A stretch of DNA of 64,000 nucleotides, from contig JAHQWJ010000080.1 in assembly GCA_029856125.1 (NCBI GenBank), forward strand, positions 64,001 through 128,000, written 5' to 3'. The notes beneath the pieces are model-generated. The model was not told the DNA's origin. It did not search any database and worked only from the letters and a program-made list of their open reading frames with translations. The position numbers and the translations under genes are program-made. The stretch is from Promethearchaeia archaeon (GTDB lineage Archaea > Asgardarchaeota > Lokiarchaeia > Sigyniarchaeales > SOKP01). Shown here in pieces: positions 21,350 to 32,174 of the stretch; position 1 is the first letter of the stretch, and every line of letters begins with the position of its first letter.

Positions 21350-22369
21350 TTATTTTCTTTGTTGACTTTCCCTACTAATAAATGTTATCTCAGGTGATTT
21401 AATCGTAAAGGATTTAATAGGTCTTATTGTTTTTCTTATTCTTACTAATCTATTTTTTGGTCCAGGTATAGAGCCGAGTAGAAGAAGATAATCTCCATTA
21501 ATATTTCCATATTTAACAAATCCTCCCTTTGGATTGATTTCTTCTTCATTTTCTCCAATTACCATAATTCTCTTATGATATTCCGTCCTCTGATGAAACC
21601 CTAATTGTCCCGGGCGTGGAACGGTATAAAGTACCCTAGCAGGATGCCAGGGACCAATGCAGGCAACAGCTCTCCTTATTTTGCTATTTTTCCTTGTTAA
21701 TATTTTAACGCCAAATCTTTTCACGGGACCTTGGAATCCCTTTCCCTTTGTGACTGATAATATATCGACTAGCTCTCCTTCGGTTAACATGTCTCTAACT
21801 TTAATTTTTTTTCCTAGTAAATTTAGAGCATAAGCGAATTCATCCTTTGGATTTCCAATTGAATTAAGTTTAATTTCAATAAGATCTGGCTTTTTCCTCG
21901 GTAAAGATGTGAGATGGGGTTGAGTTTGAAAAATTCCTCTAATTTGGCTATTGTAACTAAGCCCGTTTAATAGTTTTTCTTTATTCCCTTCAAAATCATA
22001 TCGTTCTTTAATTGGGAGGGTGATTTTTCGACTAAGATAATCATTCAATTCGGGTGAAAAAATATCTCCTACGATATATCTACCATAATCATCTTCATTA
22101 TACACCCTTATACCAATCAAAATCAGAGGTGGTACTTCAACAACCGTAACAGGTTTCATTAGTTCTTTTCCAAAATAGGGGCTGTTTTTCTGATCTTCTA
22201 TATAAGTAATATGTGTCATACCTGCCTTGAAACCAGCATATCCTAGAAATGTAATATTATCAGACGCATCTAACCAGTGTCTTACCCGACCTTTAGTTTG
22301 TGCAGCTCTTTTTCTTGGAAGAAATGCTAAAGAGCCATGCCTTGGTGCGTGTTTTTTACGGTGTCCCAT
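21350..22369 (-). CDS. rpl3: 50S ribosomal protein L3
   Basis: PRHGSLAFLPRKRA, KAGMTH, TKGKGFQGPVKR, GQLGFHQRTE. Confidence 0.97.
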   Translation of the reverse strand: MGHRKKHAPRHGSLAFLPRKRAAQTKGRVRHWLDASDNITFLGYAGFKAGMTHITYIEDQKNSPYFGKELMKPVTVVEVPPLILIGIRVYNEDDYGRYIVGDIFSPELNDYLSRKITLPIKERYDFEGNKEKLLNGLSYNSQIRGIFQTQPHLTSLPRKKPDLIEIKLNSIGNPKDEFAYALNLLGKKIKVRDMLTEGELVDILSVTKGKGFQGPVKRFGVKILTRKNSKIRRAVACIGPWHPARVLYTVPRPGQLGFHQRTEYHKRIMVIGENEEEINPKGGFVKYGNINGDYLLLLGSIPGPKNRLVRIRKTIRPIKSFTIKSPEITFISRESQQRK

Positions 22370-22500
22370 GAATAATCACTTTAAATATAAAATGTTAAAT
22401 TTATCACAATAAAAAAAGTTTTTCATTCAGAAATAACATTTAATTCCCTTAAATTAATAAATATGGGCTTTTTAAATTTAAATTTAAAATAAATAATTAG

Positions 22501-24678
22501 ATGACATCGAAAATAGATAAGTTAAGCCATTTCCAAGTAAAAGATGCTTTAGACGATAAAGAAGATAAGACATTAATAATAAATTGTTCAATTTGTTCAA
22601 ATTTAGAAGTAGGTAGAAATTTCACAAGTGAATGTATTTACTGTGTACTCAAGAATCTTCATTTAAACAAAAATTTCATAGACCAAACCACTTCGGTAAA
22701 AAGGCGCGAAAACCTGATTAAATATAATCAGCTTTTATCCATATTAGGCTTTTTTAATAAAATTAGTTCTATTAAAAAGATTTGGAAGAAAATAGATAAC
22801 ATTAGAAAAATAAAATGCAAATATCAAGAATTTAATTGTAGGATTGGAACCTTATACAATTTTCCTTTTTCTACTGATTCTAGTCCTATTTATGAACCAA
22901 TTTCGATTTTCAATTCTATTCATGATAAAATAAATGAACTAAAAGTAACAGAAGTCATCAATTTAGATTGTCAAAAATGTATTAAAAAAGTTTTAAGCCT
23001 TTTAGAAAACATATTAGATGTATTAAATAAGCTAGATATCATTCAAAAATACAAACAATTTTCTACAAAAAACAATAGTGTCATAAATTTTTATAACCAT
23101 ATCATATTTGAGACACCCATCACTTCAATAACCAACGAATTCACTAATAATTCTTTTATTACATCAGGAAGTGATTTGATTGAAACATATAGTATCGAAA
23201 AGAATGAAATTTTTCAAATACTAATTTTTGATGTAATTAACGAATACGAGAAACATTATGTTGTTAAATTTTCATTTCAATCTTCTGGAGAAGAAGATTT
23301 TTTTAAAAAGATTGTAAAAGACGCGAAGAACAACTTAAAGCTTCTAGACTCTGATAAGATTATTCCTTTAGAGGAATTAATAAGCTTATATCGGATGAAT
23401 GCTAAACGCTATTTAGCTTCTAAATACAAACTTTCTGAAAACGAAATAGAAAGCATATCATTTGTTTCTGCTTTGCATAAATTAAAAATAGAAAAGATTT
23501 TTCCTTTATTGATAGACGATCAAATTGAAGAAATTTTTTTAGATTCTCCAAAGGAAAAGGTTTATATTAACCACCAGAAATTTGGGCGCTGTAGAACCGA
23601 TATTAAATTAGATATAAAGGATATTGAGAGATTAAAAACATTTCTAAGGTTATACAGTGGAAGAAGACTTGATTTTTCAAATCCGAGCATTAAAATTGTT
23701 ATTAAAAACAAATATTTCTATTGTAGGTTTGCTATCGATGTAGGGCCAGTTCAATTGTACAATTTCGCATTAGATATAAGAAAATTAAATAAAAACATAT
23801 ATACTATTCAAGATTTGTTGAAAAATGGCACTCTTAATCCCACGATTTCTGCTTTTTTATATTTTTTGATTTTAAGGAGGGTCAACATAACGGTTACTGG
23901 CGAAACAGATACCGGAAAAACAACTTTAATTAATGCATTAGATCTATTAACGCCTAAAGAATTTCGAAAAATATATGTAGAAAATATAATTGAATCATTA
24001 AATCAATCACAGTATCAAAGACATCAATTAAAATACCAGGTGGATTCTCTTGAAGAACAAGCAACACATCAAACATCTAAACAAAAACAAATTAAAAATT
24101 TGCTCCATCGTACTCCTGATATTATTTATTTAGGCGAAATATTAACTAAAGAGGAAGCTGAAGCGCTTTTTCACTGTTTAGCAGCAGGTTTAAAAGGTTT
24201 TCAAACAATTCATTCTAACAATATTGATTCGTTTCTAAATAGAATTATACATCACTTCAAGATTCACATTTCGTGTTTAAGTGATTTAGGGCTATTAATT
24301 TTAATGAAGAAGAATCGACAAGGAAGAATTATTGCCTCGATAGTAGAGATGAAAAACAATATAGTTGAAACTAATAAAATTTATAACACTCTTTTCAAGT
24401 TCGACCCTCATCTAAAAAATTGGAGTGCTTTTAAATCTTTGTACGTATCAAATTTAGTAGAACAAATAAGAAAATCCGAGGATATTTCTCAAGATAAATT
24501 CCAATCTTTGTTTGAGCTTTATCAGGATGTCTTTAAAACGCTTCAACAAATCGATAAACTAAATATTTATAAGTTAATCGAATTATTTGATCAACTATCG
24601 TTTTATTCGTTAACAAATGTTAAGACTCTTTGTGTGTTTTGGGAAAATTGGAAAAACTCATGTAGTTTAAATTCATAA
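22501..24678 (+). CDS. Type II/IV secretion (TadA/VirB11-like) ATPase with Cys-rich N-terminus
   Basis: IEEIF, DIRK, GETDTGKTT, PDIIYLGEI, TIH. Confidence 0.85.
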   Translation: MTSKIDKLSHFQVKDALDDKEDKTLIINCSICSNLEVGRNFTSECIYCVLKNLHLNKNFIDQTTSVKRRENLIKYNQLLSILGFFNKISSIKKIWKKIDNIRKIKCKYQEFNCRIGTLYNFPFSTDSSPIYEPISIFNSIHDKINELKVTEVINLDCQKCIKKVLSLLENILDVLNKLDIIQKYKQFSTKNNSVINFYNHIIFETPITSITNEFTNNSFITSGSDLIETYSIEKNEIFQILIFDVINEYEKHYVVKFSFQSSGEEDFFKKIVKDAKNNLKLLDSDKIIPLEELISLYRMNAKRYLASKYKLSENEIESISFVSALHKLKIEKIFPLLIDDQIEEIFLDSPKEKVYINHQKFGRCRTDIKLDIKDIERLKTFLRLYSGRRLDFSNPSIKIVIKNKYFYCRFAIDVGPVQLYNFALDIRKLNKNIYTIQDLLKNGTLNPTISAFLYFLILRRVNITVTGETDTGKTTLINALDLLTPKEFRKIYVENIIESLNQSQYQRHQLKYQVDSLEEQATHQTSKQKQIKNLLHRTPDIIYLGEILTKEEAEALFHCLAAGLKGFQTIHSNNIDSFLNRIIHHFKIHISCLSDLGLLILMKKNRQGRIIASIVEMKNNIVETNKIYNTLFKFDPHLKNWSAFKSLYVSNLVEQIRKSEDISQDKFQSLFELYQDVFKTLQQIDKLNIYKLIELFDQLSFYSLTNVKTLCVFWENWKNSCSLNS

Positions 24679-24694
24679 ATATCTAATATGATAT

Positions 24695-25108
24695 ATGACA
24701 AATCTGTTAGAGAAAGCATTATTGACAGGTTTTGGAATATTTATTCTTCTTATTTTTGTTTCCCTAATTAATCCATTTATGATTAGTATTTCTGAATTTA
24801 ATAGTACTATTAAAAATGATGTAGAGAAGTACAATAACTTTTTTGAGGAAGTAGATACAGCAATTCTTTTTATCATTGAGAATCCTCATTTAAATTATTT
24901 AAATGAAATTGAATACCCAAGAAATTTAAATGTTACATTGACTGAAGATTATGTTAAATATAACTTCTTGATAGAAAGCGAAATACAATGCAAAATCTAT
25001 GAATATGTGAAACCTTTCATTAGTCGTTCATATATTAACCTCTCTTCTTCTCGATACATCTTAAATATTTCATGCAATTATAATTATATTAATATTCAAT
25101 TCATCTAA
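24695..25108 (+). CDS. Pilin-like/membrane-anchored protein
   Basis: N-terminal TNLLE plus hydrophobic helix; in pilus operon. Confidence 0.5.
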   Translation: MTNLLEKALLTGFGIFILLIFVSLINPFMISISEFNSTIKNDVEKYNNFFEEVDTAILFIIENPHLNYLNEIEYPRNLNVTLTEDYVKYNFLIESEIQCKIYEYVKPFISRSYINLSSSRYILNISCNYNYINIQFI

Positions 25109-25128
25109 TTGAGAGTTATAGATATACT

Positions 25129-26646
25129 ATGGATTTTACCAATAGACTGATATTTTTATCTCAAAAAATTCATCCGTATAATATCCCCGGATTCAGATTT
25201 AGAAAATTAGATACCAGATACAAATTAATGTATGAAAAAGAATACAATCTTAATGAGAATGATATTAACAAAGCTAGTTTTATTGTATTTTTAATTTCGT
25301 TCATTTCAATATTCACTACTTCCATTTTTCTATCAATATTCAATCTTGTCCAAATATTTTCTTATTCCTTAATATTCTCCTTATTTTTTTCTTACAGCTT
25401 CAATAATAAGTTTTATAAAGAGATATTAAAGAAGGAGAATCAATTGAATGCCTTTGTTTATGTTATTAGAATTTATTTTTCACTTATACAAAAATCTGTT
25501 GGAAATAGTGCCGATTTAGCTATTAATTTTATCAGACTAATTTCCGACCATAACCTTCCAATTAAGAAAGAATTCAGGAAAATATTAAACAAGATTCAAC
25601 TAGGGCAAAATCCCGAGATATTACTCTCGAATGTTATCACTCCTTCAATAGATTTTAATTCCTATTTAAAAGAATTGTTAATCTCTAATTTTACTTATAA
25701 TGAAACTCTTATCGAAAATTCAGTAGAAAAAAAATTTCGACAATATTTAAGAGAAATTGAGTCAAAATTAAGTGTGTTCTTTTTTATAGGATTATTTTTC
25801 CCTTTGGGTGTGTGTTTTTTAATTTTGTTCCAAAAAATTAATCTTATTTTATTAGTTATAATGTTACCACTTTATTTCATATCAATTAAAACATTAAACA
25901 AGAAATTTCTACGAAATGATTCATTCTTGCTCGGATTGTTAAATAATTATTCGAAGGAAGAAAAAGTTAAATTTCACGAATTCATCTCCTTCTTGAAAAG
26001 TTTTACCTTAAATTTACAGAAAAACTCCTCACCTGAAATTGCATTCATAAATTCATATTCACAAAATAAAAGCCAAATCGTATTAATGGACAGTCCAATA
26101 AAGTCACAAATCACCAATCTTTTAAATTTCTCCTGTTCTTTTGAGGAAATGTTGGAAAACTTACAAATTGAGATAAATTCAATACGATTTAAAATAATAC
26201 TAGATGTTATTGGAAAGTTAGTTAGTAAAAACGCATATGTTTCTCATAAAAAGATCAATGAGTTATTAAATGAAATTTCAAAACATCAAAAACTAGAAAG
26301 GCAGTTAGAAATTATAATTAGAGGAGAAAGGTTTAGGGTATTATTCTTCTTATTCCTACTACCTATCGTAATTGGGGGAATCGGGGGATTATTTCCCATG
26401 TTTAATATTATGATTAACAATATATCCTTCTCAAGTAATATTCACTTATCTTCATTATTAGAACTATTCTTTAGTTATGATTTCGTTGTGATTTTTCTTG
26501 CACTATGGTTTTGCGTCTATACATCCTCTTACTATTTCTTGAAAATCATATCTTACGAAAGAAAGAATATTCTAATTATTACTTCCTGTATAATTTATAT
26601 AATAGCATTTTTCTCAAGTTTTTTTAATGTTCTCAATTATTTTTAA
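25129..26646 (+). CDS. TadB/TadC (T2SS F-like) membrane platform protein
   Basis: Two repeats of TM pairs with GQNPE / NSSPEIAF soluble segments; follows the secretion ATPase. Confidence 0.65.
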   Translation: MDFTNRLIFLSQKIHPYNIPGFRFRKLDTRYKLMYEKEYNLNENDINKASFIVFLISFISIFTTSIFLSIFNLVQIFSYSLIFSLFFSYSFNNKFYKEILKKENQLNAFVYVIRIYFSLIQKSVGNSADLAINFIRLISDHNLPIKKEFRKILNKIQLGQNPEILLSNVITPSIDFNSYLKELLISNFTYNETLIENSVEKKFRQYLREIESKLSVFFFIGLFFPLGVCFLILFQKINLILLVIMLPLYFISIKTLNKKFLRNDSFLLGLLNNYSKEEKVKFHEFISFLKSFTLNLQKNSSPEIAFINSYSQNKSQIVLMDSPIKSQITNLLNFSCSFEEMLENLQIEINSIRFKIILDVIGKLVSKNAYVSHKKINELLNEISKHQKLERQLEIIIRGERFRVLFFLFLLPIVIGGIGGLFPMFNIMINNISFSSNIHLSSLLELFFSYDFVVIFLALWFCVYTSSYYFLKIISYERKNILIITSCIIYIIAFFSSFFNVLNYF

Positions 26647-26663
26647 GAAGAATTTAGTAAGTA

Positions 26664-26960
26664 TTAACCAAAAAAACTGGAATAAAATAATTCAGCTATT
26701 AAAAAAACTCCAATAAATATAATAAAGAATTTAGAATAAGATATTATCGTTTTAAATAATAAATTATCAATGTTAATATTAAACATAAAAATTTCTATTT
26801 CATTTAGAATTTGGAGAAAAGGTATTAACAATATTAAGAAAATTATAATAGAAACAAATAGCGTTGTTGGTTCGGTTGATGTTATGGAATATAGAAAAAT
26901 AAAAATAAAAAGCGATACCAATATGAAGAATTGCAATAGGTTCAAAGTAAAATTCGACAT
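26664..26960 (-). CDS. Small hypothetical membrane protein
   Basis: Three hydrophobic helices. Confidence 0.55.
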   Translation of the reverse strand: MSNFTLNLLQFFILVSLFIFIFLYSITSTEPTTLFVSIIIFLILLIPFLQILNEIEIFMFNINIDNLLFKTIISYSKFFIIFIGVFLIAELFYSSFFG

Positions 26961-27147
26961 AATCCAACTTATATAACAAAAAAACTATTTAAAATTCTAA
27001 GAATATTTTAAGAGATCATGGGATATTGAGATTAAAAAACTAAATATTTATAAGTGACAAGAATTAGGTTTATCTCACATTATGTTTTCGAAAGTTAAAT
27101 TGTATAAAAATCAAATTAACCTAGTAAATATTATATAAAAAAATGAT

Positions 27148-27648
27148 TTGATTATAATTATGAGAAATTTAAAATTAAAGGGATTAAAATACGATAAGGG
27201 GAAATACGATTTATATAATGAAAGATTTGTGTTTTTCCCCCCACAAATAGTTGACATACTATCATCGATATATGGAGAGGGTGTAAAATCTTTACTAGTT
27301 TGGTTAGGTAAAAAAGTTGGGTGGGCGTTGATTCAGAAATGGGACGATAATTTAAAATCAAAAACATTAAACGATTTAGTTAATCAATTTTGCACAATTG
27401 TAAGCAACCATGGATGGGGAATTTTTAATCCAAAACAAATTTCAGACAACTTAATAGTAATTGAACTTCAACATAATATCGCAAACAATTTAAATAACAA
27501 ATCAAAGTATATATGTTATTATATTACGGGATTATTAGCTGGTTTTGGAGAATATGCGCTCTATAAAGTAAATGTTATAGAAAATAATTGTAATATTGAG
27601 GATCCAGGTTTAAATTCATGCGAATTTAGAATCGAGAAAATTCTTTAA
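27148..27648 (+). CDS. V4R domain protein
   Basis: GWG, C...G...G, E..C......CEF. Confidence 0.85.
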   Translation: MIIIMRNLKLKGLKYDKGKYDLYNERFVFFPPQIVDILSSIYGEGVKSLLVWLGKKVGWALIQKWDDNLKSKTLNDLVNQFCTIVSNHGWGIFNPKQISDNLIVIELQHNIANNLNNKSKYICYYITGLLAGFGEYALYKVNVIENNCNIEDPGLNSCEFRIEKIL

Positions 27649-27657
27649 AGAATTAAA

Positions 27658-28044
27658 TCACCAAGGATCCCATTCTTCAGGATTCAGTTCATTAACCTCA
27701 TTATTTTTAAGATCTTTCTCTGTAATTTGAGGTTCTATTTTTACATAGATATTTTCATCTTCACTTATCATTTTGTGTGATTCAAGATCTTCGCGAATTA
27801 AGTCATCAGTTAATGATAATTTATCATCGCCTATTACTACATCTTTAAAAGCAGAAATTAATGACAAAAAATTAAAAAACTCTTCCTTTTTCATTTCCAC
27901 ATTTATAAAATCACTATTTTTTAATAATTTAAGTTTCACCAACCGAACTTCTCCGCTTATTTCTACTGAAGTCAATTCAATATTTTCATTTTTATTTTTT
28001 AACTGAATCTTCCATGAAGTTTCTCTTGTTTTTTCGATTTCCAT
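27658..28044 (-). CDS. Hypothetical protein with acidic tail (PEEWDPW)
   Basis: ORF; likely start MEIEK preceded by GAGTGAGG SD. Confidence 0.65.
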   Translation of the reverse strand: MEIEKTRETSWKIQLKNKNENIELTSVEISGEVRLVKLKLLKNSDFINVEMKKEEFFNFLSLISAFKDVVIGDDKLSLTDDLIREDLESHKMISEDENIYVKIEPQITEKDLKNNEVNELNPEEWDPW

Positions 28045-28181
28045 TAATATAGCCTCACTCTTTAGATAATTAAATATCAATAATTTAATAAAAATTAACC
28101 AATTTAAAATTATTCTTATATAAGTACCGAAGATTTTAATCAAAAAGTAAAAAAAAAGAGGTTCTTATTACTTTTTTTTTA

Positions 28182-28847
28182 TTAGAAAAGATAATTAATT
28201 ATCAAAAAATCATAGGAAATAAAGATTAATACAGCAATTGGAGACCTAATTTGTGCAAAAAATTGAAATTTTTCTCTTTCTTCATTATAAAACAAAGTAA
28301 GTGATTTCATCTGGAGTTTGGTACCTGAATATTTATTTAATTGCGAGAAATCTAAAAACCTATAAAATAATTTCAAAAAGATCCCTCGAGAATATGAAAT
28401 TTTCTCATTTAATGCATGCAACATATTGTAAGGATGAGATTTTGTTAAGAAACGATTGAAAAGGTAATTACATGATACTAGTAATAAAAATAAGATCAAA
28501 AGGTATGAAAAAAAAGAAAAAAACAGATGGAAATCAAAACCTAGAATTGGAAAAGCGAAGAACAAAAAGATAATTAACTTACCATCACTTCCCCCTATTA
28601 ATTTTAAACAGAACAGCAAAAAAGAAAAAGTAAAAGCTAATAAAACGATTAAAGATTTGCAGATCACAAAAATCATCAGGTTAGTATAAAAATTTTGCGC
28701 TTCAATAAGTATAAAGACGAAACCAACAATAAAAAAAAATACAAGACTTTTGTTGGGTATTTTCCTAAACCAGATATCTCTATACATACAGTATAATAGA
28801 ACTATATTTGAATAATAGAAAAAAAACCCATCGATGTTTGGAAGCAA
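28182..28847 (-). CDS. Prepilin peptidase (A24/PibD-like)
   Basis: D...RKIPN and GGSDGK aspartate motifs in a multi-TM protein. Confidence 0.8.
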   Translation of the reverse strand: MLPNIDGFFFYYSNIVLLYCMYRDIWFRKIPNKSLVFFFIVGFVFILIEAQNFYTNLMIFVICKSLIVLLAFTFSFLLFCLKLIGGSDGKLIIFLFFAFPILGFDFHLFFSFFSYLLILFLLLVSCNYLFNRFLTKSHPYNMLHALNEKISYSRGIFLKLFYRFLDFSQLNKYSGTKLQMKSLTLFYNEEREKFQFFAQIRSPIAVLIFISYDFLIINYLF

Positions 28848-28850
28848 TCC

Positions 28851-29144
28851 TTATAAATCGCCTTCCCATATGTCTATAAATGTTTTTAAACTCTTAGCTC
28901 TAATGTTTTCATATTTGTATCTATATATTTTAATCCGCCCAAATATTTTCTCCTGAATTAATTTATAGGATTTTAAATAATCTAAGTGACTTTTAACGCT
29001 TGCGTGATTAAGTTTAGTAAACTTTATAATCTGAGATATTGATAATTCTTGATTTAATGCTAATACTTTTAAGATTTTAATTCTTGCCCGTGACCCTAAT
29101 AAATTTTCAATCTTAAAGTTCTCTTCTGCACCTTTTACTATCAA
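28851..29144 (-). CDS. ArsR-like winged-helix protein
   Basis: GSRARIKILKVL, HLDYL...LIQEK.FGRIKIY. Confidence 0.85.
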   Translation of the reverse strand: MIVKGAEENFKIENLLGSRARIKILKVLALNQELSISQIIKFTKLNHASVKSHLDYLKSYKLIQEKIFGRIKIYRYKYENIRAKSLKTFIDIWEGDL

Positions 29145-30355
29145 ATTTTAATGCCTTTAGTTTCCATTACTTCTAATAATAATTCTTTATACTTTGAAAT
29201 TGGAATATTTTGAACAGTTATTTGAGCTTTTCGGCCTTTAATAGCCTCACTGACGATTTCCATGGTAATTAAATCTTCTTTTTTAAACTCCTGGAGGTAA
29301 TTCCATAGTTGTGAATGAGTCCGTGGTTGAATTCCTAAGCTTTCACATAATATTAAATATGATTCAGTAATTTCACGAACAGATGTATGAATTCTTTTGC
29401 ACTTATCTAAAGCATTTATAATAGCTAATAAAAAAATGATTTTTTGAGTAGACATATATTTTAGTATATCTAGTGTTGAAAAAGGAACTATGTCTTGATT
29501 TGCAAGACGGATTGATTCTATTGTGATGTATTTTAAATTCTGATTTTCAGCGATTTTAGTTGATTTCCAGAGTAAGTTTAATCCATACCTTATATCTCCA
29601 GTCTGATAAACTAAATCCGTAATAATTTGGATTAAGTTATCCGAAAAAATATTATCTTTTAAACTAATTTCTGTTCTATACTTCAATATTTCAAAAAGTT
29701 GTTCTTTACTATAATTGTTGAAATTTATTATATTTCTTTGTAAAGTGCTCATAGTACTAGCATCCAAACCACTTAAACAAGATATATCTCGTGCAATTCC
29801 AATGATAGAAATGTGTCGACTAGTATTGAACGCGTCATCGTTAATTCTTGTAAGTGAATAAATAAGATCCCCCTCCTTACCAATTAAATAACTTAATTCA
29901 TCCAAAACAATTAATAAATGGAGATTTTGATCTTTAATAATATCAACAATAATTTCAAGTAAATCTTGTGGAGAGTATCCTCTTTTTGGAAAAGTATTAT
30001 TGAGTGCTCGAACAATTTTGATTAATACTTTATAGCTAGTTCTTTCTTTCCGACAATTAATATGAACATACTTAATGTCTCCTGATCTTTTTTGAGCTGC
30101 GTTTACTAACATTTCTCCAAAGAGCTTAATTGTAACTGTTTTTCCTATTCCAGTTTTCCCAATTATCAATATTTTTCGTGAAATTGAATTCGGATTTGTT
30201 ACGAGCACTAAAAATAGTTGAGATAGCAGTGACAACTCTTTTTCACGATGCGGTAGCCTTTTAGGAACATAATTGTTATCGAGTTTACTTTCCTTTTTGA
30301 ACAACGATGGTTTTTTTAATAAATCTTCAAAGTAATCTATTGTCATGAAGGACAT
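29141..30355 (-). CDS. cdc6: Orc1/Cdc6 replication initiator
   Basis: YVP.RLPHRE, GKTGIGKT, INCR, VLDE, GDIR, C-terminal wHTH. Confidence 0.95.
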   Translation of the reverse strand: MSFMTIDYFEDLLKKPSLFKKESKLDNNYVPKRLPHREKELSLLSQLFLVLVTNPNSISRKILIIGKTGIGKTVTIKLFGEMLVNAAQKRSGDIKYVHINCRKERTSYKVLIKIVRALNNTFPKRGYSPQDLLEIIVDIIKDQNLHLLIVLDELSYLIGKEGDLIYSLTRINDDAFNTSRHISIIGIARDISCLSGLDASTMSTLQRNIINFNNYSKEQLFEILKYRTEISLKDNIFSDNLIQIITDLVYQTGDIRYGLNLLWKSTKIAENQNLKYITIESIRLANQDIVPFSTLDILKYMSTQKIIFLLAIINALDKCKRIHTSVREITESYLILCESLGIQPRTHSQLWNYLQEFKKEDLITMEIVSEAIKGRKAQITVQNIPISKYKELLLEVMETKGIKI

Positions 30356-30614
30356 CTGATAAAATGATATTAGAAGTTAGAAAATCATAATATATAATGA
30401 AATACAGAGTACTAATTTTTTATTATTATAATGAATTATTAACCATTTTAGTTCTCAAGTTCCTCTCTGGAGAGTATACCATTGTTCGTGCTATTAATAA
30501 TTATCACTTCTTTGCGTCAATTAAAAGCGTTATTCTTTTTTGTCGGTTGGAAGATTGCATCCTTGTAATTATATTGTAAAAGTTAGTTCTATAATTCCCC
30601 ATTCGATTTTTGTT

Positions 30615-31829
30615 TTAAAACTTAAATGTGATATCTCTAATTAATTTAAAACCTGCTTTTTTGTATTTATATACTTTTAAACAAATTGATGTAAAAAGAG
30701 AAGTTAAAATTGAAAGGAGACAAATATTAAGAAAATAGAACGAGCTATAATTTCTGGGATATTGAAAATTTTGAATTTGAAAGGATAGACATATCGTTCT
30801 ATTCTCTAAATAACTAGTTCCGTTAAATATAACATCTACATAAAATATTTTGTCATCCTCTTTAAAGTTGAAAATAGACGGCAATATATTGATATTAACG
30901 AATCCCGTTTGATTAGTCTTCAATGTCTCCTCGTATTCGATGGTTGAATTACTATAAATAATAATTTTTAAACTCTCATTTTCAAGCGGTTTTTTGTTTG
31001 TATTAAAATAGTAGTAAAATAGCTGAATTTTAAGCAAGCTACCTTCTTCTGTATTATCTACCAAATTAGTAATTTCTACATAAACAGGGATTTTTTTTAC
31101 ATATACTTCATATGAGAATGTTGTATCCAAATAGTACGAGTTGTTTTTAATAATAAACGATACATTATTTCTTCCTAAACCTAAGTGCTTAACCGTTGAA
31201 ATGTTGAAAGAAAGCATTCCATCTTTATCTGTTGTGAAAATAGTTTGATAGATAATCTCTTCATTATTCCTTATTATACATTGCAGTGTTTCATTTTCTA
31301 AACAAAAACTCGTATTTCCATTGTAGAAGTTTGCATTAAACAAGTTAGATTCTCCATATATTAAGTCACTTTTAAAATTGGTTAATTCACAATCAACAGC
31401 ACGTTTAGTAATATTAATTGTTATAATTTCTTTATATGTTGTTCCAACTTCGTTAGAATTGAAATCTTCGTGGTAATTAAACATTTTTATGTAAATTCTA
31501 CAGGGGTAATTTGTAAGTGTTAAGTTTAAGAATTGAATATTAATCGTCCAATTTTTCTGTGAAATACCGATTGTGTAGTAATTAGAAGAATTCCAAAGGA
31601 TTGTATCAAAAATATTAGTAATCTGAATTTGAACATAGGAAACTTCAAACCCTGAGTCATAATATAACTCCCAGGATCCATTTAGATAAATATTCTCATT
31701 ATTATAATATGTATTTTTATCGGATACTAGCAGAGTATTACTACATGAAAATCCTAAAACCGTTTTGGGAATAAGCATTATTCCTAACATAAAATATAGG
31801 AAAAGAACCGCTTTTATTTTTTTTTTCAC
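30615..31829 (-). CDS. Secreted, C-terminally membrane-anchored surface protein
   Basis: N-terminal signal peptide, beta-rich body with many N-x-S/T sequons, C-terminal TM. Confidence 0.75.
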   Translation of the reverse strand: MKKKIKAVLFLYFMLGIMLIPKTVLGFSCSNTLLVSDKNTYYNNENIYLNGSWELYYDSGFEVSYVQIQITNIFDTILWNSSNYYTIGISQKNWTINIQFLNLTLTNYPCRIYIKMFNYHEDFNSNEVGTTYKEIITINITKRAVDCELTNFKSDLIYGESNLFNANFYNGNTSFCLENETLQCIIRNNEEIIYQTIFTTDKDGMLSFNISTVKHLGLGRNNVSFIIKNNSYYLDTTFSYEVYVKKIPVYVEITNLVDNTEEGSLLKIQLFYYYFNTNKKPLENESLKIIIYSNSTIEYEETLKTNQTGFVNINILPSIFNFKEDDKIFYVDVIFNGTSYLENRTICLSFQIQNFQYPRNYSSFYFLNICLLSILTSLFTSICLKVYKYKKAGFKLIRDITFKF

Positions 31830-31929
31830 ATCAATTATATCTATTAAAATATAAAAACTCAGATAATTCCAAAAAACATTTATTTTGTCAAAGATTTAAA
31901 TTCAAAACTAAGAAATTTGTTATTGTTGA

Positions 31930-32136
31930 ATGAAAGTGGGAAAAGTAAGAACCCTATTGATAAAGAAAGTCTCAAAAGAATTAATAAGTAAATATCCAGA
32001 TGTATTCACCACTGATTTTGAAAAAAATAAAATATTATTGGATAAATATTCTGAAGTAGATTCAAAACATCTTAGAAATCGAATTTCAGGATATGTTGTT
32101 AACTTAATGAAGATAAAAATTAGAGACCAAACCTAA
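31930..32136 (+). CDS. rps17e: 30S ribosomal protein S17e
   Basis: GKVRT, FTTDFEKNK, SKHLRNRISGY. Confidence 0.96.
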   Translation: MKVGKVRTLLIKKVSKELISKYPDVFTTDFEKNKILLDKYSEVDSKHLRNRISGYVVNLMKIKIRDQT

Positions 32137-32174
32137 TAACTGAATTTATAAGATTAAAATAAAGAAGAAATCAC

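Noticed and set aside
30356-30614. Origin directly upstream of cdc6 and ORF 30397..30579
   Set aside because: No convincing ORB pair; the ORF has no features.
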